Source of the DNA: Gemmatimonadota bacterium
GTDB lineage: Bacteria; Gemmatimonadota; Gemmatimonadetes; Gemmatimonadales; GWC2-71-9
Assembly: GCA_039588295.1 (NCBI GenBank)
Contig: JBDHAB010000012.1
Location: 1-62,038, forward strand
Length of the DNA: 62,038 nucleotides
Direction: 5' to 3'
In this document: in pieces, positions 29,870 through 40,376 of the stretch
Position numbering within the stretch: the stretch's first letter is position 1
Layout: every line of letters starts with the position of its first letter
The notes under the pieces: model-generated
Databases searched by the model: none
What the model was told of the DNA's origin: nothing
What the model saw: only the letters and a program-made list of their open reading frames with translations
Position numbers and translations under genes: made by a program

Positions 29870-30069
29870 GGAGATCTCCATAGCCAGTGCGATCGTTTCT
29901 TTTGATACCGCGAGCCGTCGAAACGTTGGGTAGCGCGGCCGGCATCGTCGATCGGGTCAGACGGTTGCCCGGCCGCTGCACCTGGCAGTCGGAACCTTCG
30001 GCATCGCCGCCTTCGATGAGAATGATGTTGACGGGCCGGCTGGCCGTATGTGGTGCTGGCGTACGGTTG

Positions 30070-31302
30070 CTAGCCCGGACTCGGTTCTACGGTCAGGACG
30101 TCTTCCCCCTCCAGCGTCGCGACGATCACCGCACCGCACGAGTCGCTCAACACGTTGACCGTCGTGCGGAACATGTCGAGCACCCGGTCCACCGCGAGGA
30201 TGAGCGCTACCCCCTCGAGCGGCAGCCCGACCGCACCCAGAATGATCGACATCATCACGAGGCCGGACATGGGGACGCTAGCGGCTCCGATCGAGGCCAA
30301 GAGCGCCGTCGCAACGATGATCAGCTGCTGGTCGAGCGAGAGGGCGAATCCGTACACCTGTGCAATGAAGATGACCGCGACGCACTCGTACAACGCCGTC
30401 CCATCCATGTTCACCGTTGCGCCGATCGGCAGCACGAACGAGGAGATCTTCTCGGACACCTTGGACTTCTGCGTGACCGCCTCCATGGTGAGCGGCAGGG
30501 TCACGATCGTGGAGCAGGTGGAGAAGGCCGTGACCAGTGGGGGCGGCATCCCCTTGTAGTGGCGAAACGGGTTCTTGCGGGTCACCAGGTACACCAGGAG
30601 CGGCAGGGTCACCGTTGCGTGGATGAAGAGCCCGATCAGCACCACACCGAAATAGAACCCGAGTGTGCGAAACGCATCGAACCCTGTCGTCGCCACGATT
30701 CTCGCGTTGATGCCGAACACGCCGAGTGGTGCCGTCCATATCACCACATGGGTCAGCTTCAACATGGCGTGAAACGCGGCGTGAAAGATGTTGCCGAGCT
30801 GCGAGCGGTGTGGCTCGTTGAGGCGGGTCACGAAATAGCCGAACAGGATGCTGAAGAAGATGACCGGGAGCACCTGTCCGTCTGCGAGGGCCTGGAACGG
30901 GTTCTCAGGAATGATGTTGAAGATGATCTCGCCGATGCTGCGCTGCGCTGCGGGAATCTCCGTCACGGTTTCCTGAAGCCGGATCGTCGAACCGACACCC
31001 GGCTTCAGCACGTTGACCAGGATCTGCCCGGTCAGGATTGCCAGCAGACTCGTCGTGACGTAGTAGGCAAACGTCTTCGCGCCAAGGATTTCCAGGTTCT
31101 TCCGGTCGCCGACGCTGATCACGGCGGACGTGATCGACGTGATGATGAGCGGCATGATGGCCATGCGTAGGAGTCGGAGAAACAACTCCGACAGCGGATC
31201 GGCGATCGGCACGATCGGCTCGCCCACGACCCAACCGGCGGCCATTCCGCCGAACAGCCCGACGAAGATCCAAAAGGTGAGGGAGCGCAGGGGGAGCCGC
31301 AT
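30070..31302 (-). CDS. Dicarboxylate/amino acid:cation symporter (DAACS, GltP-like)
   Basis: FLRLLRM, IIPENPF, AFSTCST, LPIGATVNMDGTALYE, DMFRTTVNV. Confidence 0.93.
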   Translation of the reverse strand: MRLPLRSLTFWIFVGLFGGMAAGWVVGEPIVPIADPLSELFLRLLRMAIMPLIITSITSAVISVGDRKNLEILGAKTFAYYVTTSLLAILTGQILVNVLKPGVGSTIRLQETVTEIPAAQRSIGEIIFNIIPENPFQALADGQVLPVIFFSILFGYFVTRLNEPHRSQLGNIFHAAFHAMLKLTHVVIWTAPLGVFGINARIVATTGFDAFRTLGFYFGVVLIGLFIHATVTLPLLVYLVTRKNPFRHYKGMPPPLVTAFSTCSTIVTLPLTMEAVTQKSKVSEKISSFVLPIGATVNMDGTALYECVAVIFIAQVYGFALSLDQQLIIVATALLASIGAASVPMSGLVMMSIILGAVGLPLEGVALILAVDRVLDMFRTTVNVLSDSCGAVIVATLEGEDVLTVEPSPG

Positions 31303-31471
31303 AGTGGCTTAACGTGCATCCTTGGCTCGGGATTGGGAACCGCACGCATCCCCATCCACCGCACGAGGCTCGGTTTCGACGTGAGACAGTGGGCAGGGAC
31401 GAAACCACCGGGTGTGGGTGGTGGACAGCTTGGATCTGATAACGCGTTAAGTGCCCCGAGGCTGCCTTCGC

Positions 31472-32641
31472 CTAATCGAGTATTCGTCCCTGTGCGACCC
31501 ACACCTTTCGCATGAACGAGTCGCACCGAACCAGCGTCCCCTCAAATGTGAGCTCCGTGCCGGTCCTTGTCCGGAGCTGAGCGAGCGCATTCTCAGGGAG
31601 TTGCACGATGGCCTGGATCGTTCGAGCACCGTAGGGACTGTTGCGCTGGTAGATGTCGAGCTCCGCCTTCGTCCCACGCGCCCTGCCAAACACGAGATCG
31701 AACGGAAACGCACTCACGCGGCTGAGTTTGCCCACCCAGAGGACCGCGTGGTTCTGATAGCGCTCACGGAAGATGCGTTCGACTTCGTAGCTGGGTCGAT
31801 CGGGTCCAAACAGGTCATGGATGAGTTCCGGAAGTTGAGTTCCGGGTCCCGTCCCCACGCCTGGCCCGGTCGTGTAGGGCAGGTCCATCAGTCGGTCCGC
31901 AGCCGCTATCCCGGCGAGTTCGTCGTGACGCTCGTCCATTGGCGGCGAGACCGGTTCGGCGGCGGGCTCATTCAGGATCTCGGGTGCAGGGTCCTCCGGC
32001 TGGAGTGGTTGCACGGGCTCCGGTCGTGGGAGCGCGTCGGCGGGCAGTGTTTCCCGTTCGGGATGCTCGGTTGTGAAGTGGTGCGCCAGGTCGACCATAC
32101 GTTCGACGACCGACACGAGCGTGGAGGGGCTCCGCTCGGTACCCCGGGCTTCCCAGCGTACCTCCGAGTCCTCGATGACCGCCCCATCCAACGTGCTGAG
32201 AAACCGTCCGACGAGTGCCCTCCGCGTCGGCGTGAGGAATGCCGTGATTTGTGCGGTGTTGCTCCCCTTCACCACGACGTTGGCGTCGAAGTCGGCGTCT
32301 CCCAGCTCGATGTCCTGAGCGCCGAGCAGTTTACGCACCCCAAACCATGGTCTCTGTGGTGTGAGCTTGAGGCCCAGGCCGAGCGCCCAGGGATAGACCA
32401 CCCGATAGCGGGTGTAGGTTTGCGAGCTTTCGCTGCCGCGCGAGTGGGTGTCCACCCGGACTCGGCAGTGGTGCAGCGTCCCGACAATCTCCGGTCCGCC
32501 GAACAGTTTGGCTGGGATGTACTGCAGGCCGAGGCGGCGGGCCGCTTGTTGCCACGCCTCGTTCGTGTCTCGCTTCCCCGCGACTGAGGCCACGACGGCG
32601 ACCGTGACACCGATGATGAGCACCAGGACAAAGACTTCCAT
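31472..32641 (-). CDS. Hypothetical membrane-anchored protein with possible C-terminal OB-fold
   Basis: GGAG RBS, N-terminal TM; DIELGDADFDANVVV motif; Pro-rich linker; RY.N..V.W.G.L C-domain. Confidence 0.65.
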   Translation of the reverse strand: MEVFVLVLIIGVTVAVVASVAGKRDTNEAWQQAARRLGLQYIPAKLFGGPEIVGTLHHCRVRVDTHSRGSESSQTYTRYRVVYPWALGLGLKLTPQRPWFGVRKLLGAQDIELGDADFDANVVVKGSNTAQITAFLTPTRRALVGRFLSTLDGAVIEDSEVRWEARGTERSPSTLVSVVERMVDLAHHFTTEHPERETLPADALPRPEPVQPLQPEDPAPEILNEPAAEPVSPPMDERHDELAGIAAADRLMDLPYTTGPGVGTGPGTQLPELIHDLFGPDRPSYEVERIFRERYQNHAVLWVGKLSRVSAFPFDLVFGRARGTKAELDIYQRNSPYGARTIQAIVQLPENALAQLRTRTGTELTFEGTLVRCDSFMRKVWVAQGRILD

Positions 32642-32761
32642 GGGTGCTCCGCAATGTACGACCGCCAGGCGGAAACGGGCCAGGGCACACCGGCGGCCTT
32701 GAGATGCGAGGGGCGCGGGAGTACAATCTCGGCGACCCCCCAAACGGAACGCGAGAGAGCC

Positions 32762-35221
32762 ATGGCGCGGAAGAAGCGAACCAACACCAAGACGTTCGAG
32801 AAGCTGGGGGCGTTCTATCTGGGGCGCCGCTACGATGCCGATCAGGCGGCCGTCACGCCCGAGCTCGTCTTGTACGACGCGAAGGACTTGACGACCCACG
32901 CACTCTGTGTCGGTATGACGGGGAGCGGGAAGACGGGACTCTGCGTGTCCCTACTGGAGGAAGCGGCGATCGACGGCATTCCCGCGATCGCGATCGACCC
33001 CAAGGGCGATCTCGGAAATCTCCTGCTGAATTTTCCGTTGCTTCGGCCCGAGGATTTTCGACCGTGGATCGACGAATCACAGGCGGCCCGCAAGGGCATG
33101 AGCCCGGACGAATACGCGGCTGCGGTCGCGAGCATGTGGAAGGAAGGGCTGGCCGACTGGGGGCAGGACGGCGCGCGTCTCCGGCGTCTTCGTGATGCGT
33201 CCGACGTCGCCATCTACACGCCTGGCAGTAGTGCCGGCCTGCAGCTGATGTTGCTCCGCTCGTTCACCGCGCCGGACGCCGCGCTCGTTGAGGACACGGA
33301 CGCATTGCGTGAGCGCGTGGCTGCAACGGTAGCCGGTCTCCTGGCCTTGGTGGGGATCGAGGCGGACCCGGTACGCAGCCGGGAGCACATTCTCCTGTCG
33401 AATCTGTTCGAGCGGGCGTGGTCGGAGGGGCGGGATCTCGACCTGCCGTCGTTGATTACGGAGGTACAGTCTCCGCCCCTCGAGAAGGTCGGGGTGATGG
33501 ATCTCGAGATGTTCTATCCGAGCAAGGAGCGAGTCGAGCTCTCCATGACGTTGAACAACCTCCTTGCCTCGCCGGGGTTCGCGGCCTGGATGGAAGGGGA
33601 GCCGTTTGAAGTCTCCCGCCTCCTGTGGACGCCCGACGGGCGTCCGCGCATCTCGGTGCTGTCCATAGCGCACCTGTCCGAGGCCGAGCGGATGTTCTTC
33701 GTGACGATACTGCTCAACGAGGTCATCGCGTGGATGCGTACGCAGTCGGGCACGGCGAGTCTCCGGGCGCTCCTGTACATGGATGAAGTGTTCGGCTACT
33801 TCCCGCCGACCGCGAATCCGCCGTCCAAGACGGCAATGTTGACCCTGCTCAAGCAGGCACGCGCGTACGGCCTCGGCGTCGTTCTGGCCACACAGAATCC
33901 GGTTGATCTGGACTACAAGGGCCTCTCCAACGCGGGCACCTGGTTCCTCGGCCGGCTGCAGACGGAGCGCGACAAGGCACGAGTGATGGACGGGCTCGAG
34001 GGCGCCTCTGCCGCACAGGGGAAAGCGTTGGATCGTAAGCAGGTCGATCGCATTCTCTCGGGGCTCGACAGTCGCGTGTTCCTGATGCACAACGTGCACG
34101 AGGACGAGCCCGTGCTGTTTCATACGCGTTGGGCAATGTCGTATCTACGGGGACCGCTCACGCGCACCCAGATCCAGCAACTCATGGCAGATCGCAAGCG
34201 CGAGTCCGTCGCAGCGGCACCGCCCCGTCGGAAAGCTCGCCCGGCCGGTGGTAAGGCGAAGCCGTCAAAGTCGACCGGCGGCCGGCCGGTGATTCATGCG
34301 GACATTGAGGAGTCCTTCATGCCGTCGGTGCGCGCTGCTGGCCGGCTGGTGTATCGGCCGGCGCTGCTTGGCACGGCCGACCTGCACTTCGCCAATGCGC
34401 GGGCGGGTGTGGACTCGTGGGAGACGGTCGCGTACGTCGCCCCGCTGCGCGCCAAAGCGGGTGCGAAGATCTGGGACACATCCGAGCCGTTGGAAAGTGG
34501 TGAGCCCGAGCTGGTGAACGAGCCCGACGAGGGGGCGGAATTCAACTCACTGCCGAAGAAGGCGACTCAAGCGTCATCGTACACATCGTGGCAGAAGGCG
34601 TTCAAGACGCACTTGTACAAGCAGAACACGATCGGACTCTTCAAGTGCAAGGAGCTCAAGCTCAGCTCGCAGCCAGGTGAGACGGAGGCCGAGTTCCACA
34701 TTCGGCTTCGCGAGGCCGCGCGGGAGAAGCGGGACGGGGCGGTAGAGAAACTGCGCAAACGGTATGGGCCCAAACTGGCGCGGTTGCAGGAGCGGATCCG
34801 GCGAGGCCAGGAGCGGGTTGGGAAGGAGAAGTCGCAGTACGATCAACAGAAGATGCAGACGGCCGTGTCGATGGGCGCGACGGTCCTGGGGGCGCTGTTC
34901 GGTCGCAAAGTGGCCAGTGTGGGAACGGTTGGTCGCGCCACGACCACGATGCGAGGCATGGGGCGCGCGTCCCGAGAGAAGCAGGATGTTGCTCGTGCGG
35001 CTCGGGACCTCGAGGCGCTCGAGCAGCAACTCGCGGACCTGGAGGTGGAGTTCCAGGAGGAAGTGGCGGTGCTGGGCGATGCCGTCAGCGTCGACGCGTT
35101 TGAAGTGAAAGAGGTGGTGATCCGACCACGAAAGACCGACATCGCCATCGGCCATTTCGGTCTGGTGTGGCTCCCCTGGACGGTCGACGACGACGGCATG
35201 GCCGAACCAGCCTACGAATGA
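32762..35221 (+). CDS. HerA/FtsK-like P-loop ATPase (DUF87-type)
   Basis: HALCVGMTGSGKT, IDPKGD, YMDEVFG, ATQNPVDLD; C-terminal coiled coil. Confidence 0.88.
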   Translation: MARKKRTNTKTFEKLGAFYLGRRYDADQAAVTPELVLYDAKDLTTHALCVGMTGSGKTGLCVSLLEEAAIDGIPAIAIDPKGDLGNLLLNFPLLRPEDFRPWIDESQAARKGMSPDEYAAAVASMWKEGLADWGQDGARLRRLRDASDVAIYTPGSSAGLQLMLLRSFTAPDAALVEDTDALRERVAATVAGLLALVGIEADPVRSREHILLSNLFERAWSEGRDLDLPSLITEVQSPPLEKVGVMDLEMFYPSKERVELSMTLNNLLASPGFAAWMEGEPFEVSRLLWTPDGRPRISVLSIAHLSEAERMFFVTILLNEVIAWMRTQSGTASLRALLYMDEVFGYFPPTANPPSKTAMLTLLKQARAYGLGVVLATQNPVDLDYKGLSNAGTWFLGRLQTERDKARVMDGLEGASAAQGKALDRKQVDRILSGLDSRVFLMHNVHEDEPVLFHTRWAMSYLRGPLTRTQIQQLMADRKRESVAAAPPRRKARPAGGKAKPSKSTGGRPVIHADIEESFMPSVRAAGRLVYRPALLGTADLHFANARAGVDSWETVAYVAPLRAKAGAKIWDTSEPLESGEPELVNEPDEGAEFNSLPKKATQASSYTSWQKAFKTHLYKQNTIGLFKCKELKLSSQPGETEAEFHIRLREAAREKRDGAVEKLRKRYGPKLARLQERIRRGQERVGKEKSQYDQQKMQTAVSMGATVLGALFGRKVASVGTVGRATTTMRGMGRASREKQDVARAARDLEALEQQLADLEVEFQEEVAVLGDAVSVDAFEVKEVVIRPRKTDIAIGHFGLVWLPWTVDDDGMAEPAYE

Positions 35222-35224
35222 ACA

Positions 35225-35251
35225 ACGGCCGGCCCTTGAGGGGCCGGCCGT
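35225..35251. terminator. Stem-loop between convergent genes
   Basis: ACGGCCGGCCC-TTGAG-GGGCCGGCCGT. Confidence 0.6.
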
Positions 35252-35281
35252 CATCCGTCAGGCCTCGGTGTGGTTTCGCGC

Positions 35282-35485
35282 TCAGTCGTTGAGCACAAAG
35301 GTCACTTTGATGTGGACGCGGTACTGTGTGACCTTCCCGTTCTTGACGTCGACCTTGAAACTCTCCACCCATGCACCCTGAATGTCGTCGAGCGTCTTTG
35401 ACGCTCTCGTGATGCCCTTGGCAACGGCGTCGTCGAAGCTCTTGGGAGAGGAAGCGCTGATCTCGGTGATCTTCGCAATGCTCAT
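35282..35485 (-). CDS. Dodecin family protein
   Basis: MSIAKITEISASS.KSFDDA..GI.RASKTL..GAW..YRV..KVTFVL. Confidence 0.9.
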   Translation of the reverse strand: MSIAKITEISASSPKSFDDAVAKGITRASKTLDDIQGAWVESFKVDVKNGKVTQYRVHIKVTFVLND

Positions 35486-35514
35486 GATGAACCTCGCTCG
35501 ATGGTAGGGTCGTC

Positions 35515-35922
35515 TCAGTGAGTGATAACGGGGGTGAGGCTCGCAGCGTGCGAGATCCACTTCTGCACAGTCTTGGGGCTCGGTGACGTACGGGTCAGCC
35601 GTTTGGCCTGGTTCATCTGTTTCATCGTCGTCGCGAGGTTCTCGGCGTTGCGGTTGCGCAGCTCCTTCACCGTGTCGACGCCAGCTGCCTCGAGTAACTC
35701 TGAGAACTCGGAGCCGATACCGGAAACCCGCATGAGGTCTGCCAGGTTCGTCCACTTCAACAGCTGCGCCTCGCTGATCCCCGTTCGGGCGCTGACGTTC
35801 GTGCGGCCCACCGCGTCGCAGCAGAGCTTGAGCAGATCGTCCGTCGTCTTGACCTTGGTCAGGGCGAGCTTCTCCGCGTAGGAGGGGCCGATACCCTCGA
35901 TGTCCTCGATCTTGTAGCCCAT
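35515..35922 (-). CDS. DUF4332 domain protein
   Basis: IEDIEGIGP..ADLMRVSGIG.EFSELLEAAGVDTVKEL. Confidence 0.88.
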   Translation of the reverse strand: MGYKIEDIEGIGPSYAEKLALTKVKTTDDLLKLCCDAVGRTNVSARTGISEAQLLKWTNLADLMRVSGIGSEFSELLEAAGVDTVKELRNRNAENLATTMKQMNQAKRLTRTSPSPKTVQKWISHAASLTPVITH

Positions 35923-36085
35923 CTGTTACCGTCCTCGTGGTTGTTGGTTGACGCATCCGTATTCGAACTCGATCCCGTCGAAGCTGAGCCTCGCAGAAAG
36001 TTGTTCGTGTGACACGTGTCTGCAAGCGGCGCTCGAATCTGTCAGCGCACCTGTCAGGTTCGCGATGTGTGTCGATGGTCGGTAT

Positions 36086-36141
36086 GGAAAGAACGTGCCA
36101 ACTGCATGCGAAGTTCTAAGTCGCCCGAGCGTAAAGCGTTG
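36086..36141 (-). promoter_or_regulatory. Variant sigma-54 promoter (36086-36100) with weak 25-bp element (36117-36141)
   Basis: TGGCACGTTCTTTCC (one mismatch in -12 box); TAAGTCG..AGCGTTG element 16 bp away. Confidence 0.35.
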
Positions 36142-36409
36142 GAGCCCGAGCACGCCGCGCCGGGGAATGCGAGCCCAACCCGATTTGAAACGTCGCCGTT
36201 CCGAACGCGAACGCGCTGTTTCAATCAGGGAGGCGAGGCAGCGGCCGAATCCTCCACCGCTGGGGTTGCCGCAATGGCGTTCGCGCCGTCCAACCACTTG
36301 TGGACCAACGACTCAGCGCTTCGGGCCGCCGGCTTGCCGTGGGTAACCTCGACCGCTGGCATGTCCGTTGCCCCTACGGTCCACGAATCCGAACCCGAGG
36401 ATGTAGGAC

Positions 36410-37909
36410 ATGGAAGGCTTCGATCAACTCTGGCAGTCGATGCGGGACTACCTGCCCAGCCTGCTCGCGGCGCTCGCCATTCTCGTCGTGGGCTGGATTG
36501 CGGCGCGCATCATTGCCGCGCTTGTGCGCGCCGGACTCAAGCGTACGACCATTGACAACAAGCTGGCCGTGTGGCTCGCGGGCGAAGAACGTGGTAAGAG
36601 CATCGCCGTCGAGAATGTGGCTGCCAAGATCGTGTTCTACACGATCTTGGTGTTCGTGCTGATCGCGTTCTTCCAGACGATCGGTCTCACACAGCTCGCC
36701 CAGCCGCTCAACGTTTTGCTCAACGAAGTCTTCGCGTTTGCGCCCCGCTTGTTTGGCGCGGCGGCCCTCGCGGCGGTTGCGTGGCTCGTCGCGACGGCGT
36801 TGCGGATGGTCGTGACGCGGGTGTTGGCCCGAACGAAGCTCGACGAGCGGGTCGGCCAGGAGGCGGGACGGGAAGGTGTCGCGCCAATCCCGCTCAGTAA
36901 GACCCTGGGCGACGCCGTGTACTGGCTCGTCTTCCTGTTGTTCTTGCCCGCGATCCTCGGGGCGCTCGCCTTGGAAGGGCTGCTGGAGCCTGTCCAGGTG
37001 ATGATGAACAAGGTGCTCGAGTATCTCCCAAACGTCGCCAGCGCGGCGGCGATCCTGCTGGTAGGCTGGTTCGTCGCGCGGATCATCCAGCGGGTCGTTG
37101 GCAGTCTGCTTGCCGCCGTCGGCCTCGATCGGTTGAGCGAGAGCACTGGTATTTCCCGCGCGTTGGGGTCGCAGAGCCTGTCGCAGTTGCTGGCCCTGGT
37201 GGTCTACGTGCTCATCTTGATTCCCGTACTGGTCTCCGCCCTGAACGCGCTGGGACTCGAAGCCGTCACCCGGCCGGCCAGCAATATGCTCGACACGCTG
37301 TTGAGTGCCGTTCCACGACTGTTTGCCGCGGGACTGGTGCTAGCAATCGCCTACATGATCGGCCGGATCGTGTCGGATCTCCTGAGCAGCCTGCTGCGGG
37401 GTGCGGGCTTCGACAACTTGCTCGGCCGCCTCGGCCTCAAGACCGCGGAACTCGAGGAGAACCGACGGCCCTCGTCGGTTGCCGGCTATCTGGCAATGGC
37501 CGCGATCATGTTCTTCGCGGCGATCGAGGCGTTCACGCTCATGGGTTTGGGCACCCTCGCCGGCCTCGGCGCGGAACTCCTGGTATTCGGCGGCCACGTA
37601 CTCGTGGGTCTCGTCATTTTTGGCGCAGGCCTCTACCTCGCGAATCTCGCCGGTAGTACCATTCAGGCGGGCGGCGCCTCGCAGGCACGGCTGCTGGCCG
37701 CTGGGGCGCGAGTGGCCATCTTGGTCCTGGCAGGCGCCATGGCCCTGCGGCAGCTCGGGGTCGCGGACGAGATCATCACGCTCGCCTTCGGGCTGAGCCT
37801 TGGCGCGATCGCCGTCGCCGCAGCAGTAGCATTTGGACTCGGAGGGCGCGATCTTGCAGCGCGTCAACTGGACGAGTGGCACAGCGATATGCGTGGTGGA
37901 GACCGGTAG
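36410..37909 (+). CDS. TM-helix repeat membrane protein (CmpX/MscS-associated family)
   Basis: Repeated YLP.L.AA..IL.VGW.IAR units; C-terminal AFGLGGRD.A. Confidence 0.85.
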   Translation: MEGFDQLWQSMRDYLPSLLAALAILVVGWIAARIIAALVRAGLKRTTIDNKLAVWLAGEERGKSIAVENVAAKIVFYTILVFVLIAFFQTIGLTQLAQPLNVLLNEVFAFAPRLFGAAALAAVAWLVATALRMVVTRVLARTKLDERVGQEAGREGVAPIPLSKTLGDAVYWLVFLLFLPAILGALALEGLLEPVQVMMNKVLEYLPNVASAAAILLVGWFVARIIQRVVGSLLAAVGLDRLSESTGISRALGSQSLSQLLALVVYVLILIPVLVSALNALGLEAVTRPASNMLDTLLSAVPRLFAAGLVLAIAYMIGRIVSDLLSSLLRGAGFDNLLGRLGLKTAELEENRRPSSVAGYLAMAAIMFFAAIEAFTLMGLGTLAGLGAELLVFGGHVLVGLVIFGAGLYLANLAGSTIQAGGASQARLLAAGARVAILVLAGAMALRQLGVADEIITLAFGLSLGAIAVAAAVAFGLGGRDLAARQLDEWHSDMRGGDR

Positions 37910-37951
37910 GTCCCCCGCGTTGGGTAGGCACTATTGCATGAGGAGACCATC

Positions 37952-38752
37952 ATGATGCTCCGCAAACACGCCATTCACTGGGCACCGATCCTCGCGCTGT
38001 CGCTCGCGGCGTGCGGCGGCAGCGGTGAAGCCGAGGGCGAGCGCGACCTCAGTCTGATGCCGGCAGAATCGCTCGCGGCATTGAGTGACCAGCCGGTCGA
38101 AGCGCAGACGGCCGAGCAAACGCCGCAGGCTGCCGCTCCGGCCACGCGCTCGAGTGGCGGAACGGGCGAGACGCAGGGTGTTGAAACGAGACAACCGGAA
38201 ATCACCCGGCGGCCGCCTCGGCCCGCGGCGCCGCCCACGTTGGAGGTCGGCACGCAAGTCACGCTCGTGGCCAGTGACACCACTGTTGCGAATCACAGCA
38301 AGGTTGGCGATCCGGTCTACGCCACCGTGGCCAGTCCGATCCTGGACGCGAACGGGAGAGAAGTGATTCCGGCAGGCGCCGTATTCGTCGGCACGATCGC
38401 GAACTACGAGGAGGCCGCGAGCGACTACGAGGGCCACATGTTGCTGCGGTTCAACCAGGTCGAGTTCGGTGGCGGGAGCTATCCCATCGATGCGCAGACG
38501 CTTGGTGTGGGTACCCGGACGCAGAAGCAGGGCGTCACCACCGGAGACGCGGCCAAGGTTGGTGTCGGCGCGGTGGCGGGCGCCATTGCCGGTCGCATCA
38601 TTGGCGGGAACAAGACGGGGACCGCCGTCGGTGCCGTGGTTGGCGCGGCTGCGGGTGTTGGCGTTGCGGCCGCGACCAAGGGCGAAGACGTGTATCTCGA
38701 CGCGGGAGCCCCGATTCGGATTGTGCTTACGACACCGTTCGTTCGCTCGTAG
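37952..38752 (+). CDS. Lipoprotein with VirB10-like beta domain and glycine zipper
   Basis: Lipobox LAAC; VIPAGA..G; GAVAGAIAG..GTAVGAVVGAAAG. Confidence 0.75.
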   Translation: MMLRKHAIHWAPILALSLAACGGSGEAEGERDLSLMPAESLAALSDQPVEAQTAEQTPQAAAPATRSSGGTGETQGVETRQPEITRRPPRPAAPPTLEVGTQVTLVASDTTVANHSKVGDPVYATVASPILDANGREVIPAGAVFVGTIANYEEAASDYEGHMLLRFNQVEFGGGSYPIDAQTLGVGTRTQKQGVTTGDAAKVGVGAVAGAIAGRIIGGNKTGTAVGAVVGAAAGVGVAAATKGEDVYLDAGAPIRIVLTTPFVRS

Positions 38753-38775
38753 CGCACCGCGCGGGCGCCAGAACG

Positions 38776-38804
38776 AAAGCGGGGCCTCTCTTGGGCCCCG
38801 CTTT
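38776..38804. terminator. Bidirectional intrinsic terminator
   Basis: AAAGCGGGGCC..GGCCCCGCTTT between convergent genes. Confidence 0.75.
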
Positions 38805-38834
38805 GCATGTGCTCGAGTCTCCGCACCGGCGCTG

Positions 38835-40376
38835 TCAGGATTCCTCCGGCCGCGGTTCCGAGGGTCCCATCCGCGCCGCGCCGCGCTTGAGCCGGAACCA
38901 GAACCGCGATCCGCGCCTGGGCCGGTTCTCCTGCCCGATAACGCCGCCCCAGCCTTCGACGGCGATGCGACAGAAGTGGAGGCCGAGTCCCGCCTCCCCG
39001 GTCTTCCCACCAGCCTGGGAGAATCGATCGAACAGTCTTGGCGCGAGTTGCGTGGGGACGCCCGGTCCCTCGTCCTCGACGCCGACGGTCACGGCGTCCT
39101 CGCCGGGCCGAACGTCGACGCACACCGCCGTCCCTGGGCTCGAATGCCGCAGCGCGTTGTCCAGAAGATTGGCCACCACGCGCATGAGGCGTGTGCGTTC
39201 CGCATGCACGCCCCACTCGTCTGCCTCCCCGACATCGAGGGTCAAACCCACGTTTCGGAGCTGGAAGGCGGGCATGAAGCCCTCAACCACCTCTCGCGTG
39301 CACGCAACGATGTTCACGGGTTCGTGATCTTCGGCCAGTTCCTCGAGTTGCTGGAGGTCTGCGGCAAACACGTCGAGGATGGAGCGGATGAGGAGGTCCT
39401 GACGCTCGAGTTCTGAGCGCCCGACGGCGAGCGTTCGCTGCGCGGCATCCGGGAGGGTCTCGGCGGCGAGCAGCTGGAGCGCCGCGTGTGCCGATACCAT
39501 GGGCGTGCGGAGGTCGTGCACGATGCAGTGTAGCAGGACGTCCTTCTTCTCGATCTCCTTGAGAAGCTGCTGGTGGCCGAGGGCCTGCTCACGCGCCTCT
39601 TGGAGCAAGGCGAGCTTCTCGTGGTACGGCCTCCCCACATCGGCAATCGTGAGCAGGGAGCGTTCCCCAAGCGTGCGGGCTACGGCCTCGAGGTGCCACT
39701 CGCGGCCGGCGTCATCGATCTCTGTCCAAATTCCCGACCGCCGCTCGGCCTCGCCCGCGAACCAGCAGCTTCGTGCTTCCACCAAGAAGTCGTGCAGGAA
39801 CGGCGAGCGGTCTTGTGGCGTGAACGGACCGCTTCCCGTCCGCGCCTCCGGCCAGATCCGGGCAAGCCACGGCGGCGCATGACCGATGACGCGGAACCGC
39901 TCTGATTCGACCGGCTCGAGCACGCCGATACCCAAGGCCGCGAGTAGATCGGCGACGAATGACGCGCGGACAGGTGTGGAGGCGCCGGGTGGACGCCCCC
40001 GATCCTCGAGGAGGCTCAACACGTTCCGGCTCTGTTGGAGCTGGCGTTCCTGCTCGAACTCTCTCGTGGCATTCACGAACACCACCCAGGTGCCGCGCCC
40101 GCTCCGAAACAGCGATAGGTCGGCGACCAATCCGGTCTCCGTTTCGACCCGAGGCAGGTGCTGGGCGTCGTCGGTAAGCGGAATGAAGCCTTGCAGCACG
40201 GAAACGTGCTCGACCATGTCCACACCGTGCCGAGGCTCTGGAATGCCGTACTCGTCGAGGGGTCCCCCCCACTCGACGAGTTTCCCCTCGTTGTCAGCCA
40301 GGAGGTAGGCCGGCGACTGGGTCCGGACGAGTTGTTGCTGAAGGAACTCCAGCACCGGACGGGGGAGTTCGGTCAT
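38835..40376 (-). CDS. Cytoplasmic sensor histidine kinase with two PAS-like domains
   Basis: IVHDLRTP, NLLDNALRH, DEGPG, GLGLHFC; ATGA overlap with GTPase stop. Confidence 0.88.
   Translation of the reverse strand: MTELPRPVLEFLQQQLVRTQSPAYLLADNEGKLVEWGGPLDEYGIPEPRHGVDMVEHVSVLQGFIPLTDDAQHLPRVETETGLVADLSLFRSGRGTWVVFVNATREFEQERQLQQSRNVLSLLEDRGRPPGASTPVRASFVADLLAALGIGVLEPVESERFRVIGHAPPWLARIWPEARTGSGPFTPQDRSPFLHDFLVEARSCWFAGEAERRSGIWTEIDDAGREWHLEAVARTLGERSLLTIADVGRPYHEKLALLQEAREQALGHQQLLKEIEKKDVLLHCIVHDLRTPMVSAHAALQLLAAETLPDAAQRTLAVGRSELERQDLLIRSILDVFAADLQQLEELAEDHEPVNIVACTREVVEGFMPAFQLRNVGLTLDVGEADEWGVHAERTRLMRVVANLLDNALRHSSPGTAVCVDVRPGEDAVTVGVEDEGPGVPTQLAPRLFDRFSQAGGKTGEAGLGLHFCRIAVEGWGGVIGQENRPRRGSRFWFRLKRGAARMGPSEPRPEES

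Noticed and set aside
32762..35221. Conjugative coupling protein or anti-phage HerA system
   Set aside because: No relaxase, T4SS, NurA or Sir2 partner in the neighbourhood
35923..36409. Long intergenic region as ncRNA or riboswitch
   Set aside because: No recognisable riboswitch or tRNA motif; explainable as divergent promoter region
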